Positions 24,971 to 34,126 of a DNA stretch of 64,000 nucleotides are shown in pieces. The stretch spans positions 3,296,001-3,360,000 of the forward strand of contig CAWIIB010000009.1 of NCBI GenBank assembly GCA_963836075.1. Reading direction: 5' to 3'. This DNA is from an uncultured Acidobacteriota bacterium. GTDB taxonomy: Bacteria > Acidobacteriota > JAQAZP01. The position numbers were made by a program, and so were the translations under genes. How positions within the stretch are numbered: position 1 is the first letter of the stretch; the number at the start of each line of letters is the position of its first letter. The notes under the pieces are model-generated. The model worked only from the letters and a program-made list of their open reading frames with translations. It made no database searches and was not told the DNA's origin.

Positions 24971-26250
24971 TCCCCGGCGGTTTCCTCGCCGGCTGGCGCA
25001 TCCTTCTCACTCACCGTCACTTCGGCCCCGTGCTGCAGGTCGCGGCTGATCATGCGGTAGCTGCCGGTGACCACCTGCTCGCCCTCTTCGAGGCCTTTGA
25101 CGATTTCGATGTGGGTGTCGCTCTGGATCCCGGTCTGTACCTGTCGTGCTTCAACCTTGCCGTCACTGAAGACCCAGACGATCTCCACGAAGCCGTCCTT
25201 GTCCGGTGTCCACGGCTCCTCTTCGATCTCCGCTCCATCTGCGCCTCCGGCCGGCGCCGCGGATTGCAGCTGCTCCGGGGTTCGCACCGCCACACACTGG
25301 ATCGGCACGCCCAGCGCCTCCTCCCGAGTCTCGGTGATGATGTCGCAGGAGCAGGTCATACCCGGACGCAGCTCGGTGACCGGGTCGATCACGGTGATCT
25401 TCACCTCGAACTCGGTCCGCTGGTCGGTGGTGCCCTGGCCGGAGACCTTGGCGCTGTTGGCGATCTCGGTCACCACGCCTTTGGCCTCGTTGTCGGGCAG
25501 GGCGTCCACTTCGATTGTCGACTCGTCGGACAGTGATACGGAGACGATGTCGTTCTCGTCCACGTCCACCAGTGCTTCCATCCCCGAGAGGTTGGAGAGG
25601 ACCATGATCACATCGGACTGGAACTGGGAGCCCACGGCGATTTCACCGATCTCCTTGTTCAGCTTGCTGATGGTTCCGGCCATGGGGGAATAGATCCTGG
25701 TCTTGGAGAGGTCGTCGGTGCTCTGTTTCAACGCCGCCCGCACCTGTTCCACCTGGTTCAGGGCCGACTGGTAGCGCGCCTTGTCCGCCTGGTAGGCCGC
25801 CTCGGCCGCGTCAAGCTGGGCCTGGGTTTCCAGCTGCTGGTCGAAGAGCTCCCGGATCCTGGCCAGGTCCTTCTCCGCCTTGGTCAGGTTCTCCAGGGTG
25901 ACCCTGGAGTTGGACTGGGCCATTCGCAGGTTGGCCTCGCTGCTCTCCACCGCCGCCGAGTGCCGTTCGCGGTCCAGTTCCAGCAGCAACTGGCCCTTTT
26001 CCACCTGTTGACCCTCTTCCACTTCCAGGCGGATGATCTTGCCGCTGACGTCTGCGCTGATGTTGACCTGGGTCTCGGGCTGGATCCGGCCGGTGGCGGT
26101 GACCGTTTCGATGATGGCCATCCGCTCGGCGGGGGCGGTTTCCACCTCCAGACCGGCCTCCTCGGTCTTGAAGAATTTGAGGTAGCTGCCAACACCGGCA
26201 GCTGCGACAATCAGAACGATGGCGATAATGAGCAATCTCTTCCTGGTCAT
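24967..26250 (-). CDS. Efflux periplasmic adaptor subunit (MacA/HlyD family)
   Basis: N-terminal TM helix, [20 protein letters not shown] lipoyl-like half, helical hairpin, LRPGMT. Confidence 0.92.
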   Translation of the reverse strand: MTRKRLLIIAIVLIVAAAGVGSYLKFFKTEEAGLEVETAPAERMAIIETVTATGRIQPETQVNISADVSGKIIRLEVEEGQQVEKGQLLLELDRERHSAAVESSEANLRMAQSNSRVTLENLTKAEKDLARIRELFDQQLETQAQLDAAEAAYQADKARYQSALNQVEQVRAALKQSTDDLSKTRIYSPMAGTISKLNKEIGEIAVGSQFQSDVIMVLSNLSGMEALVDVDENDIVSVSLSDESTIEVDALPDNEAKGVVTEIANSAKVSGQGTTDQRTEFEVKITVIDPVTELRPGMTCSCDIITETREEALGVPIQCVAVRTPEQLQSAAPAGGADGAEIEEEPWTPDKDGFVEIVWVFSDGKVEARQVQTGIQSDTHIEIVKGLEEGEQVVTGSYRMISRDLQHGAEVTVSEKDAPAGEETAGE

Positions 26251-26285
26251 GAAGGCTCCTTTCTGCTAATCCCGTCTCCAGACTA

Positions 26286-26310
26286 TACGGAATTCCGGCA
26301 GGTGCGGTTC
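26286..26310 (-). promoter_or_regulatory. Candidate ECF sigma promoter for the MacA/ABC operon
   Basis: - strand GAAC-N17-CGTA. Confidence 0.45.
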
Positions 26311-26376
26311 GACGCTTATCATCATGAATTTCAGGGGGATGGGGTTGGCCCGGGGCGGGGGAGAGGGGGGGGTGAC

Positions 26377-26406
26377 AAAAAAAGCCGGCCCCCGCTGGAG
26401 GCCGGC
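26377..26406 (-). terminator. Intrinsic terminator
   Basis: - strand GCCGGCCTCC-AGC-GGGGGCCGGC followed by T7. Confidence 0.85.
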
Positions 26407-26449
26407 CCCTGGTGGCTCATCTTCGAGCCAGCGATATCGTCAACGGTCG

Positions 26450-26923
26450 TTATTCAGCATAGGCCACGGAAGTGGCGAAAAAGGTGATCTCCAGCTTTGT
26501 TTCGGTCTTTTCACCTTTCTTGCCGTCCACCGGGCTGGCGCAGGTGGCCTCGCCTTCCTTCAGTTCGCCCTTCTCGGCGCAGTAATCCATTTTCTTCGCC
26601 ACGGCGAATCCGGTGAGGGTCACAGCCTTGCCGGCCGCATCGGTGTTGAATTTGTAGGCGTCGTCCTTGGCCCGCACCAGCGCGTTGAGGTCGCCTTCCT
26701 TCCACTCGCCTTCGGAGATCCACATCTTGCAGCCGCTCTTGCAGGCGCCGATGATGGTGCCGGTAACCACGACCTCTTTCTTCTGGAAGGTGTCGATGCC
26801 GGCGGCCAGTTCGGAAAGGGTCAGCGGGTTGTCCGCGGTGCCCTTGTCGGGGCCGGCGGTGGCCACGCCCAGCGAGAGGAAAAGGACCAGGGAAAGGACG
26901 AACAGTTTAGCAGTCAGTTTCAT
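26450..26923 (-). CDS. Secreted small protein, OB-fold/DUF4920-like, CxxxC motif
   Basis: Signal peptide, VVVTGTIIGACKSGCKMWI, further Cys pair; GGAGG upstream; TGGTATAAT extended -10 at 26955-26963. Confidence 0.6.
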   Translation of the reverse strand: MKLTAKLFVLSLVLFLSLGVATAGPDKGTADNPLTLSELAAGIDTFQKKEVVVTGTIIGACKSGCKMWISEGEWKEGDLNALVRAKDDAYKFNTDAAGKAVTLTGFAVAKKMDYCAEKGELKEGEATCASPVDGKKGEKTETKLEITFFATSVAYAE

Positions 26924-27012
26924 TTGCAGAGCCTCCTTTAAAAAAGATCATTAAATTATACCAGAATCAAGCACTTTCTCTCCAGCGCCTGCGGATGGCC
27001 GCCTGCGGCCCT

Positions 27013-27417
27013 TCACCAGCGCACTCTCTTTCGAACCCTGAAATACATATAGATGCCGGTGACCGCCAGCACGGCCAGGGCCCCGCCCAGCAGGTCGTAG
27101 AAGATACGGCCCCAGAAACCGCCGAAAAATTCGCCATTGTGCAGGTCGATCACCACCCACATCACCGGCACGCTGTGGGCCTCCTCGGGGAAGAGGTCGG
27201 CAATGCCCTGGGCCCGGCGGACATCGTCGATCCGCTCCTGATACTTGTCGGGCAGGATGCTGGTGGGGATGCGGCCGTTGCTGAGAAAATCGAAGTCGTG
27301 ATGGTGATTGTAGAGGATGCCGGTGAGCGCAATGATCAGCAGCAGGGTGCTGGTGATCAGGCTTACCAGCTTGAAGTAGCCAAAGGAGAAGATGTGAACC
27401 TTGCGCCAGTACTTCAT
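27013..27417 (-). CDS. PepSY-associated TM helix domain protein
   Basis: WRKVH, ALTGILYNH, DLHNG and VTGIYMY motifs. Confidence 0.75.
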   Translation of the reverse strand: MKYWRKVHIFSFGYFKLVSLITSTLLLIIALTGILYNHHHDFDFLSNGRIPTSILPDKYQERIDDVRRAQGIADLFPEEAHSVPVMWVVIDLHNGEFFGGFWGRIFYDLLGGALAVLAVTGIYMYFRVRKRVRW

Positions 27418-27598
27418 TTTCCCAGGAACACCCCGTCTCGGGCCGCCGCCGGCCGGTTAAGCCTCAAGAGGATAGAGGAAACAGAGCCTGCTTGTCAAAG
27501 CATTGAATCCGCGCGTAACAGACCCCCGCGCCGACCGCCAGTCGGCGGCACAGGGGTATTTACGGCAGGTTTTCCGGGGGGATCTAGAAAATTCGGCA

Positions 27599-28120
27599 CT
27601 AGGTCCGGTCAGCCTCTTCGCGGGCCTCGTTGCGGCCGAAGGCGGCGGCCTCCTCCAGCACCTGGTCCAGCTTGCCCTTCATCCGGACAATGACCAGCTC
27701 ATCACTCTCGTTGACCACCACCAGCATCTCGCGAACCTGGCCCTTTTTGCGCTTGAGCAGGATCAGGACGTCCTCGTCACCCTCCTTGAGGTTCATCATC
27801 GGTTCCCAGCTGGCCATGGTGATCTGACCCAGCTCCATCTCGCCCGGATCATCGGGCCGGCTCTCCACCTGGTAGACGCCCACCTGGATTTTGGTCAGCC
27901 CCTTGAGCACTTTCAGCTCCTGGTCGTCCTCGTCCAGGGCCATGCGGGCCACGGCCAGACCGACCCGGCCGAGGGTCAGCCCCACTTCCCGGGTATAGGT
28001 GGTGCCGGTGGACTGGGAGATGTCGCGGCGGATCCCCTCGGGGCCGCGCAGGGTACAGGCCGGCGCCGCCAGCAGAATGACCAGCAGCGCGGCGGGATAA
28101 AGGCGAAGCAGATTTCGCAT
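27599..28120 (-). CDS. DUF4252-like lipoprotein
   Basis: Lipobox-like APAC; LKGLTKIQVGVY and ELVIVRMKGKL motifs. Confidence 0.7.
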   Translation of the reverse strand: MRNLLRLYPAALLVILLAAPACTLRGPEGIRRDISQSTGTTYTREVGLTLGRVGLAVARMALDEDDQELKVLKGLTKIQVGVYQVESRPDDPGEMELGQITMASWEPMMNLKEGDEDVLILLKRKKGQVREMLVVVNESDELVIVRMKGKLDQVLEEAAAFGRNEAREEADRT

Positions 28121-28169
28121 GATGGCTCCTCGGTTTTCGAACGGTCACCAGTGTCCCTTCGAAAGATAT

Positions 28170-28196
28170 AACGCGGCAGGAGCCGGGATGGTTACA
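28170..28196 (-). promoter_or_regulatory. Candidate ECF sigma promoter for the DUF4252-like gene
   Basis: - strand TGTAAC-N17-CGTT. Confidence 0.55.
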
Positions 28197-28270
28197 TGAT
28201 CAAAGCGGTTTTTTACCAGCTGATTCGTGGCGCACTGCCAGTGATGCTCAGGGCGAGGTCAGTCAGCTGT

Positions 28271-29044
28271 TCATTTGGCCTGGATCTCGAGTTTCAGGGT
28301 CACCGGTGAGAAGGCGTTGCTCGGGTTGCTGATCCGCAGAAGATAGCTGCCGGGGGTGCTGATTGTCAGATCGGATTTCACACCGGGCCGCGCAATATTC
28401 GTATCGGAGAAGTCGACCACGCTCCCCGGTTCGAGATGTATTGTTCCATCCCGCCCGATGACCTCGATATCGAACATCGTTCCCACGTCGATCTTGGAAT
28501 TCGTGAAGACATGTCGAATCTTCAGCACTGAATGTACCTTTGCGCTGTGAGTCGGGAGGTCCTGCGTGGCCGAACGGGTCTGCACGTCAGTGGAGGGGAC
28601 CATCACCTCCGGCCCGAGAACGGTCACCGGCGAATCGGGCCTGGCGGGCCAGAAGATCGCCACCAGCAGCAACGCGCATGCCGCTGCCGGCACCATGACC
28701 GGGACCCGGGTCTCCCAGATCCAGGAAAGGCGCTCCAGAAAGGGCTTGGCCGGTGGTCGGCCGACGCGGAAACCGAGAGCCCCGGCCACCTGGAGACGGT
28801 CCTCCTCCCGGGCGGCCAGATAGGCGGCATCCTCGGCCATCGGACTCTCGGCTTCGTCCAGTTGCTCGATCAGCCGGGCGCAGTCCGGGCAACGGCCCAG
28901 GTGGGCCGCCACGGAAGTGGCAGTAGCGGCGGAGAGTTCGTCCTCGCGAAAGGATACCAGTGCTTCAGCCGGCGGGCACTCCAGGTGCTGGTCGAGGACT
29001 TTGCGGCATTCACGGGCTGCTGCGTCGGTCGGGTGTTCGTTCAT
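28271..29044 (-). CDS. Zinc-binding anti-sigma factor (zf-HC2) with TM helix and extracytoplasmic domain
   Basis: HLGRCPDC (HxxxCxxC) motif; ATG overlaps the sigma factor stop codon (ATGA). Confidence 0.8.
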   Translation of the reverse strand: MNEHPTDAAARECRKVLDQHLECPPAEALVSFREDELSAATATSVAAHLGRCPDCARLIEQLDEAESPMAEDAAYLAAREEDRLQVAGALGFRVGRPPAKPFLERLSWIWETRVPVMVPAAACALLLVAIFWPARPDSPVTVLGPEVMVPSTDVQTRSATQDLPTHSAKVHSVLKIRHVFTNSKIDVGTMFDIEVIGRDGTIHLEPGSVVDFSDTNIARPGVKSDLTISTPGSYLLRISNPSNAFSPVTLKLEIQAK

Positions 29045-29634
29045 TGTTTTGCTCTGGAAAAGAACGCATCCAGCTCTTTCTCGCTGGCGGCGTTGTTGTT
29101 CACCAGAATCTCCCTGATCGCTTTTCGTGCCTTTTTGAGGCAATAGCGTACCGTGGTTATTTTTACATCCAGCTGACGGGCGATCTCCTCATCGGTCAGC
29201 TTTTCAAAATAGGCCATCTCGAAAATGCCCCGCTCCGGCTGGGGCAGAGGTACCTTTTGTCCTTCCAGCCGGCTGGACACCAGTTCCTCCTCCTGGCCCG
29301 GGCCGTTGGACAGCCGGTCAGCAGGAATACCATCCAGATCCTGGTATTTCCACCGCATGGTCAGCCGCATCTTATCGATCAGCAGGTTGCGGAACGTGCG
29401 GAAGAGAAAGCGGCTCGCATCGCCGTCGGTTCCGAAGTTCCTGTCTGAACCGAGCAGTTTCACAAACGCCTCCTGTATCGCGTCACGGGCCAGGCTGCGG
29501 TCGCTGAGCGAGCGGAGTGCTATTCGGTGGAGCGTGTTGAAGTGCTCTTCGTAAAGCGACTCCACTCTCTGCTTCCATACAGGATAACGTTCCATGGTCC
29601 GAAATTGGGAAAATCGGGTGAAAGAGCGGGTCAC
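29041..29634 (-). CDS. ECF family RNA polymerase sigma factor
   Basis: ARDAIQEAFVKL (region 2) and EEIARQLDVKITTVRYCLKKAR (region 4); start may be 29595. Confidence 0.9.
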   Translation of the reverse strand: MTRSFTRFSQFRTMERYPVWKQRVESLYEEHFNTLHRIALRSLSDRSLARDAIQEAFVKLLGSDRNFGTDGDASRFLFRTFRNLLIDKMRLTMRWKYQDLDGIPADRLSNGPGQEEELVSSRLEGQKVPLPQPERGIFEMAYFEKLTDEEIARQLDVKITTVRYCLKKARKAIREILVNNNAASEKELDAFFSRAKQ

Positions 29635-29805
29635 CCGGGGTTGTGTTTTTGAATTCGTCTGAACTGCTGCCTCGAACCGAACTGTGATTTACCCTATCTT
29701 AACAGTTTTCTTTAGCCAATTGAATCAGGGAGCGTCTCGGCGGCCTGGGGCAGGCCGGCGGGTTGTGAGGAGTGGTTGATTCTGCTACCGTTCTGGCCCA
29801 GGATC

Positions 29806-31962
29806 ATGGGAAAACGGATCATCATTGTAACCCTGGCGGCGATTGTGCTCTTCGCGGTTGTTCTGCGTATCGGCCTTCAGCGGGAAGAGCTGTTTTATCC
29901 GGACTCCTGCATCTATCTCTCCATGGCCGAGAACATGAAGCAGGGGGTCTTTTCCCGCTCCCTCTTTCCCGTAGTCGCCCTGCACCAGCCGCTCTATTCG
30001 CTGCTCACCGCGGCCATCTCCCTGACCGGTCCTGCGGTGGAAACGGCAGGCTTGGCGGTGTCGGTGATTTCCGGCCTGGTCCTGGTCCTGGTGCTCTTTT
30101 TTACCGGCCGGCGGTTGGCCGGAGAGGGGGCCGGGCTCAGCGCCGCCCTGCTGGCGGCCAGCGACCCGGCACTGGTGAAATACTCCACCGAACTGCTCAC
30201 CGAATCGTTGTTCCTCTGCCTGTTTTACCTCGTCGTTCTGCTGGTGCTTCGCGCCGGTGACGCCAGGCGCTACCCGCTCGCGGCGGGGTGCGGAGCGCTG
30301 GCGGCTGCGGCCTTCGGCGCCCGTTTCATCGGCCTGGCGGCTTTGCCCGCCGCGTTCTGCTGGGTGGTGCTGCTCTGGTTGCGCAGGAGGCCGGCCGAGA
30401 AGGGGCTGCGGTTCCGCCGGGCCATGGCAGCCGGACTGCTGGTGCTCCTCGGATTCGCGCTGGCCGCTTCGCCGGTGCTGCTGCGCAACCGGGTGGTGCG
30501 GGGGCAGTGGAGCCTCACCGGGTTCGCTGAGAGGGCCGTTTCCCAAGCGGCTGAGACCGGCGGCGAGCAGGGTCGGGGCGGCACGGCTGGCATGTTGCGG
30601 GCCCTGCTGGAGCAGTACCGGGGCATGAGGGCGGACAATGCGGTGGACCTCAGCCTGGGGGGGTATCTGGCCGAATTCTGGCGGGTGTTCCGCGAAACCG
30701 TTCCGCCGGCCTGGCCGCTGCTGGCCCTGGCCGGCGTCGTGGTGCTGGTGTTCACCCGCGGGGTCGCCGGGCTCTTTCCCGCCGGCTACCTGATCAGCTG
30801 GCTGGTGCTCCCCATGGGCATCACCTTCGTGGCCCAGTCGGCGTCGGGCAGCGATGAAATCTCTCGCTACCTGACGCCGGTGCTGCCGGCGCTGCTCCTG
30901 CTGGCGGCCATCGGTCTCGGTGTCCTGGCCGGCTGGGCGGCCGGGTTCTGTAAACGTCAGCGGAGGGTGGCCGGCCTGGTCCGGCTGGCCGCACCGCTGG
31001 GCGCCGGTCTCGTCCTGGCCCTGCTGCTGAACAGCGGCCCGCTGAAGGCGATGGCCGCCGAACGCGAAACTCAGGCCGACAGCACGTCATGGGTCACCGG
31101 CGCCCGGGAGGTGTCCGAATTCATCAGGGAATGGGCCGCCGGCGCGGACATGGGCAAACCTACGCTGACGGACCGCAAACCGTTCGTGGCCTATTTCTCC
31201 GGGTGCTGGTGGCGTCCCCTGAGCGACAGCCGACCCAGACGCCTGCTGCTCAACTGCTACCGCACGAAAACCGACCTGGTGGTGGTGGACAGCGTTGCCG
31301 TGGCCCTCTACCTGCCACAACTGGCCCCGCTGGTCTGCGGTGACCATGTCCCGCCCGGATTCCGGCTGATCTACCACCGGGTTTGGCCCGAGCAGGAGCG
31401 GGCGGTGGCCGTATACCAGGTGCTGCGCAGCCACCGGGAGGGTCGCGAGGGGATGGAACGGCGGGATGGGCTGGCCCAGCTGCCCGACGATACCGCCCGG
31501 CAGCACGCTCTCACCGGCCGCCGGCTCTACGCCGAAGGGCAAGTCCACCTGGCCGGTCTGCACCTCCAGCGGGCAGTGGAGCTGCAACCCGATTTTGCCG
31601 AGGCCTGGTATCAACTGGGGGCGGTCTATTTCCTGAAAAGTCTGTACTTGCTGCCGGAACAGCGGCACCTCGGGGTGTTCCACAAGGCGATCCGCTGTTA
31701 CGGTGAGGCGGCCAGACTCTCACCCCGGCTGGCCACCATGGCCCGCAAGGAGGTGGCCACTTTGGAGCGCAACCTGCCCCCGGGGCCTCTCTCCCAGGTC
31801 TATACGAGACTGGGCCGGCTGTATCTGCGGCTGGACCAGGTGCGGGAGGCCCGTTCCGCCTTCAACCACGCCCTCTCCATCGACCCGCAGAACCAGGGGG
31901 CCCGGGACGAGCTCCGCTCGCTCACCGAGGCCGGTTCCGTGGAGCTGCCCGGGCAAACCTGA
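29806..31962 (+). CDS. ArnT/PMT-like (GT-C) glycosyltransferase with C-terminal TPR repeats
   Basis: PDSCIY, HQPLYS, LTESLF and RYLTP motifs in a multi-TM core; AEAWYQLG and ALSIDPQN TPR signatures. Confidence 0.78.
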   Translation: MGKRIIIVTLAAIVLFAVVLRIGLQREELFYPDSCIYLSMAENMKQGVFSRSLFPVVALHQPLYSLLTAAISLTGPAVETAGLAVSVISGLVLVLVLFFTGRRLAGEGAGLSAALLAASDPALVKYSTELLTESLFLCLFYLVVLLVLRAGDARRYPLAAGCGALAAAAFGARFIGLAALPAAFCWVVLLWLRRRPAEKGLRFRRAMAAGLLVLLGFALAASPVLLRNRVVRGQWSLTGFAERAVSQAAETGGEQGRGGTAGMLRALLEQYRGMRADNAVDLSLGGYLAEFWRVFRETVPPAWPLLALAGVVVLVFTRGVAGLFPAGYLISWLVLPMGITFVAQSASGSDEISRYLTPVLPALLLLAAIGLGVLAGWAAGFCKRQRRVAGLVRLAAPLGAGLVLALLLNSGPLKAMAAERETQADSTSWVTGAREVSEFIREWAAGADMGKPTLTDRKPFVAYFSGCWWRPLSDSRPRRLLLNCYRTKTDLVVVDSVAVALYLPQLAPLVCGDHVPPGFRLIYHRVWPEQERAVAVYQVLRSHREGREGMERRDGLAQLPDDTARQHALTGRRLYAEGQVHLAGLHLQRAVELQPDFAEAWYQLGAVYFLKSLYLLPEQRHLGVFHKAIRCYGEAARLSPRLATMARKEVATLERNLPPGPLSQVYTRLGRLYLRLDQVREARSAFNHALSIDPQNQGARDELRSLTEAGSVELPGQT

Positions 31963-32103
31963 TATACTTTCCGTTCCATCGGTCTGATCTGTCCCAGGCT
32001 GGCCCGCGGCATGTTCCGCCGGCGCTGGCCGGGCTTTTCGATCTGTTTCCGGCGGGCCGGTTGGCCTCGCCGCACCATGAAATAAAGAGGAGGGTCTGGA
32101 ATC

Positions 32104-34110
32104 GTGGCCAAGTCCGATAACACCGCGTACCGGTTGACCGGTGAACTGTTTCTTCGGCTGCGGGTCGGCCTGCTGGCCGGTCTGGCCGCAGGGGCCCTGG
32201 TGGGCATGGCGGAGGGCCTCTGGCTGCTCATCTTCAATTGGGGATCGATCAACCCCGGTGTCCTGCTTTACGGGGCGGTGCTCTACTCGCTGATCGGGGC
32301 CGGAATGGGTCTCGGTCTCGGTCTGGTGCTGGGCATCCTCAGTATGGTGCTGAAGAAAACCGGCGAAGCCGCCGGGATTTACGGGCTGATTTTCGCGGTG
32401 GTTTTTGCCCTGAACGGCCTGGTGATCTTCCGCTTTCGGATTTTCCGTGACGTGATGCACGAACAGCCGATACCGCTGTTGATCAATCTGGCCCTGCTGG
32501 CGGTGTTCGTCCTGCTCTTCCTTGTTTTCGCCTTCGTGCTCCGCCTGCTGGTCAAGAACACGCCGCTCAAGGGGCTGGCCAAAGTGGTGGGTACCTTGCT
32601 CATCGTGGGCAGCTTCTTCTTCGTCCTCTTCCTGGTCCAGCTGGCCGGGACGTATGTGCACAGGGTCAAGGGGCCGGCCCTGATCAGCGCCCCCGGCGAA
32701 GAAAAAGCGGTCCAGGGGCCGAGCGTGCTGCTGCTGATGATCGACACCCTGCGTGCCGACCGGCTCTCCTGTTACGGATATGAGGGGAACGAGACACCGG
32801 TGATCGACGGGCTGGCCGGCGACGGCATCCTCTTCCAGAACCAGATCGCCCAGTCCTCCTGGACGCGTCCGGCAGTGGCCTCCATACTCACCTCGCTCTA
32901 TCCCTCGTCGCACAAGACCTACCTCAAGCCGGACATGCTGCCCGACGAGGTGGTCACCCTGCCCGAGGCGCTGAAGGAGCAGGGCTACAGGACCATCGGT
33001 TTTGCGGACAACATCAACGTCACCGAGGCGTTCAACTTCCAGCAGGGGTTCGACCGGTTCGTCTACCTCGCCCCCGACTACTTCTTCCTCGCTGACGAGT
33101 CCTCATCCCAGCTGGCCTACTACAGCGTGCTGCGGCTGATCCGCGAGCGGTTCCTCTCGAGGAAGAAATATGTCCAGCACTACTACCAGGACGCCGACGT
33201 GGTCAACCAGAGCGTGATCCAGGCGCTGGAGGGGCTGGACAGTTCCTCGCCGGCTTTTATCTTTGCCCACTACATGGATCCCCACGATCCCTATTTCACC
33301 CACCCCTATGACGGATATGGCGTGGCCCGGGTCAGCATGCCTCACCCGCCGGCCGAGATGGCCGAGGAGCTCTCGCAACTGTACGACGGCGAGGTCAGCT
33401 TTCTCGACGAACGTCTGGGCCAGCTCTTTGACCGGATGCGCGAACTGGGGATCTACGACGACTGGACCATCGTGCTCACCGCCGACCATGGCGAGGAGTT
33501 TTATGAACACCAGGGCTGGTGGCACGGCCTCACCCTCTACCAGGAGCAGGTGAACGTCCCGCTGATCATCAAGCTTCCCGGTTCCCAATTCGCCGGGCTG
33601 CGGGTCCCCGGCCTGGTGCGGCAGATCGACATCTGTCCCACCGTCCTGGCCCTGGCCGGCGGCAGCCACGACGACTTCCAGGGCATCGACCTGATGCCGG
33701 CGGTGGCCGGTCTGGTCACCCCGCCCGTTGTGGAAGGTGAGGGCGAGGCGGAGGAGGTTCCGCAGGGCGGAACCGACAACGTGGTCTGGCAGCTGGACTC
33801 GGTCTTCTCCGAGGAGGACCACGAGGGTAACGTGATTCACGCGCTGATCGCCGGCAAGTGGAAACTGATTCGGGCCAACGAGGGCAATCCCCGCGGCCTG
33901 CCGGTCCTCGCCCTCTACAACCTCGAGGACGATCCCGGGGAGACCACCAACCTGGCTGACGGCAACACCGAGCTGGTGGCCGAGCTGGACAGGCAGCTGG
34001 AGGAGCGGCTCACCGTCGCTCTGGAATCGGCTGTCCAGCGGGTTGAAGGGGACGAGATGGACGAGGCCACTCGCAGCCGTCTCGAGGCCCTCGGCTACCT
34101 GGAGGAGTAA
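32104..34110 (+). CDS. Membrane-anchored sulfatase-like hydrolase/transferase (5 N-terminal TM helices, Thr nucleophile)
   Basis: IDTLRAD, SWTRPAVASILTS, DPH, ADHGE; C-terminal LEALGY. Confidence 0.88.
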   Translation: MAKSDNTAYRLTGELFLRLRVGLLAGLAAGALVGMAEGLWLLIFNWGSINPGVLLYGAVLYSLIGAGMGLGLGLVLGILSMVLKKTGEAAGIYGLIFAVVFALNGLVIFRFRIFRDVMHEQPIPLLINLALLAVFVLLFLVFAFVLRLLVKNTPLKGLAKVVGTLLIVGSFFFVLFLVQLAGTYVHRVKGPALISAPGEEKAVQGPSVLLLMIDTLRADRLSCYGYEGNETPVIDGLAGDGILFQNQIAQSSWTRPAVASILTSLYPSSHKTYLKPDMLPDEVVTLPEALKEQGYRTIGFADNINVTEAFNFQQGFDRFVYLAPDYFFLADESSSQLAYYSVLRLIRERFLSRKKYVQHYYQDADVVNQSVIQALEGLDSSSPAFIFAHYMDPHDPYFTHPYDGYGVARVSMPHPPAEMAEELSQLYDGEVSFLDERLGQLFDRMRELGIYDDWTIVLTADHGEEFYEHQGWWHGLTLYQEQVNVPLIIKLPGSQFAGLRVPGLVRQIDICPTVLALAGGSHDDFQGIDLMPAVAGLVTPPVVEGEGEAEEVPQGGTDNVVWQLDSVFSEEDHEGNVIHALIAGKWKLIRANEGNPRGLPVLALYNLEDDPGETTNLADGNTELVAELDRQLEERLTVALESAVQRVEGDEMDEATRSRLEALGYLEE

Positions 34111-34126
34111 TTTCCCCTGAGGTTCC

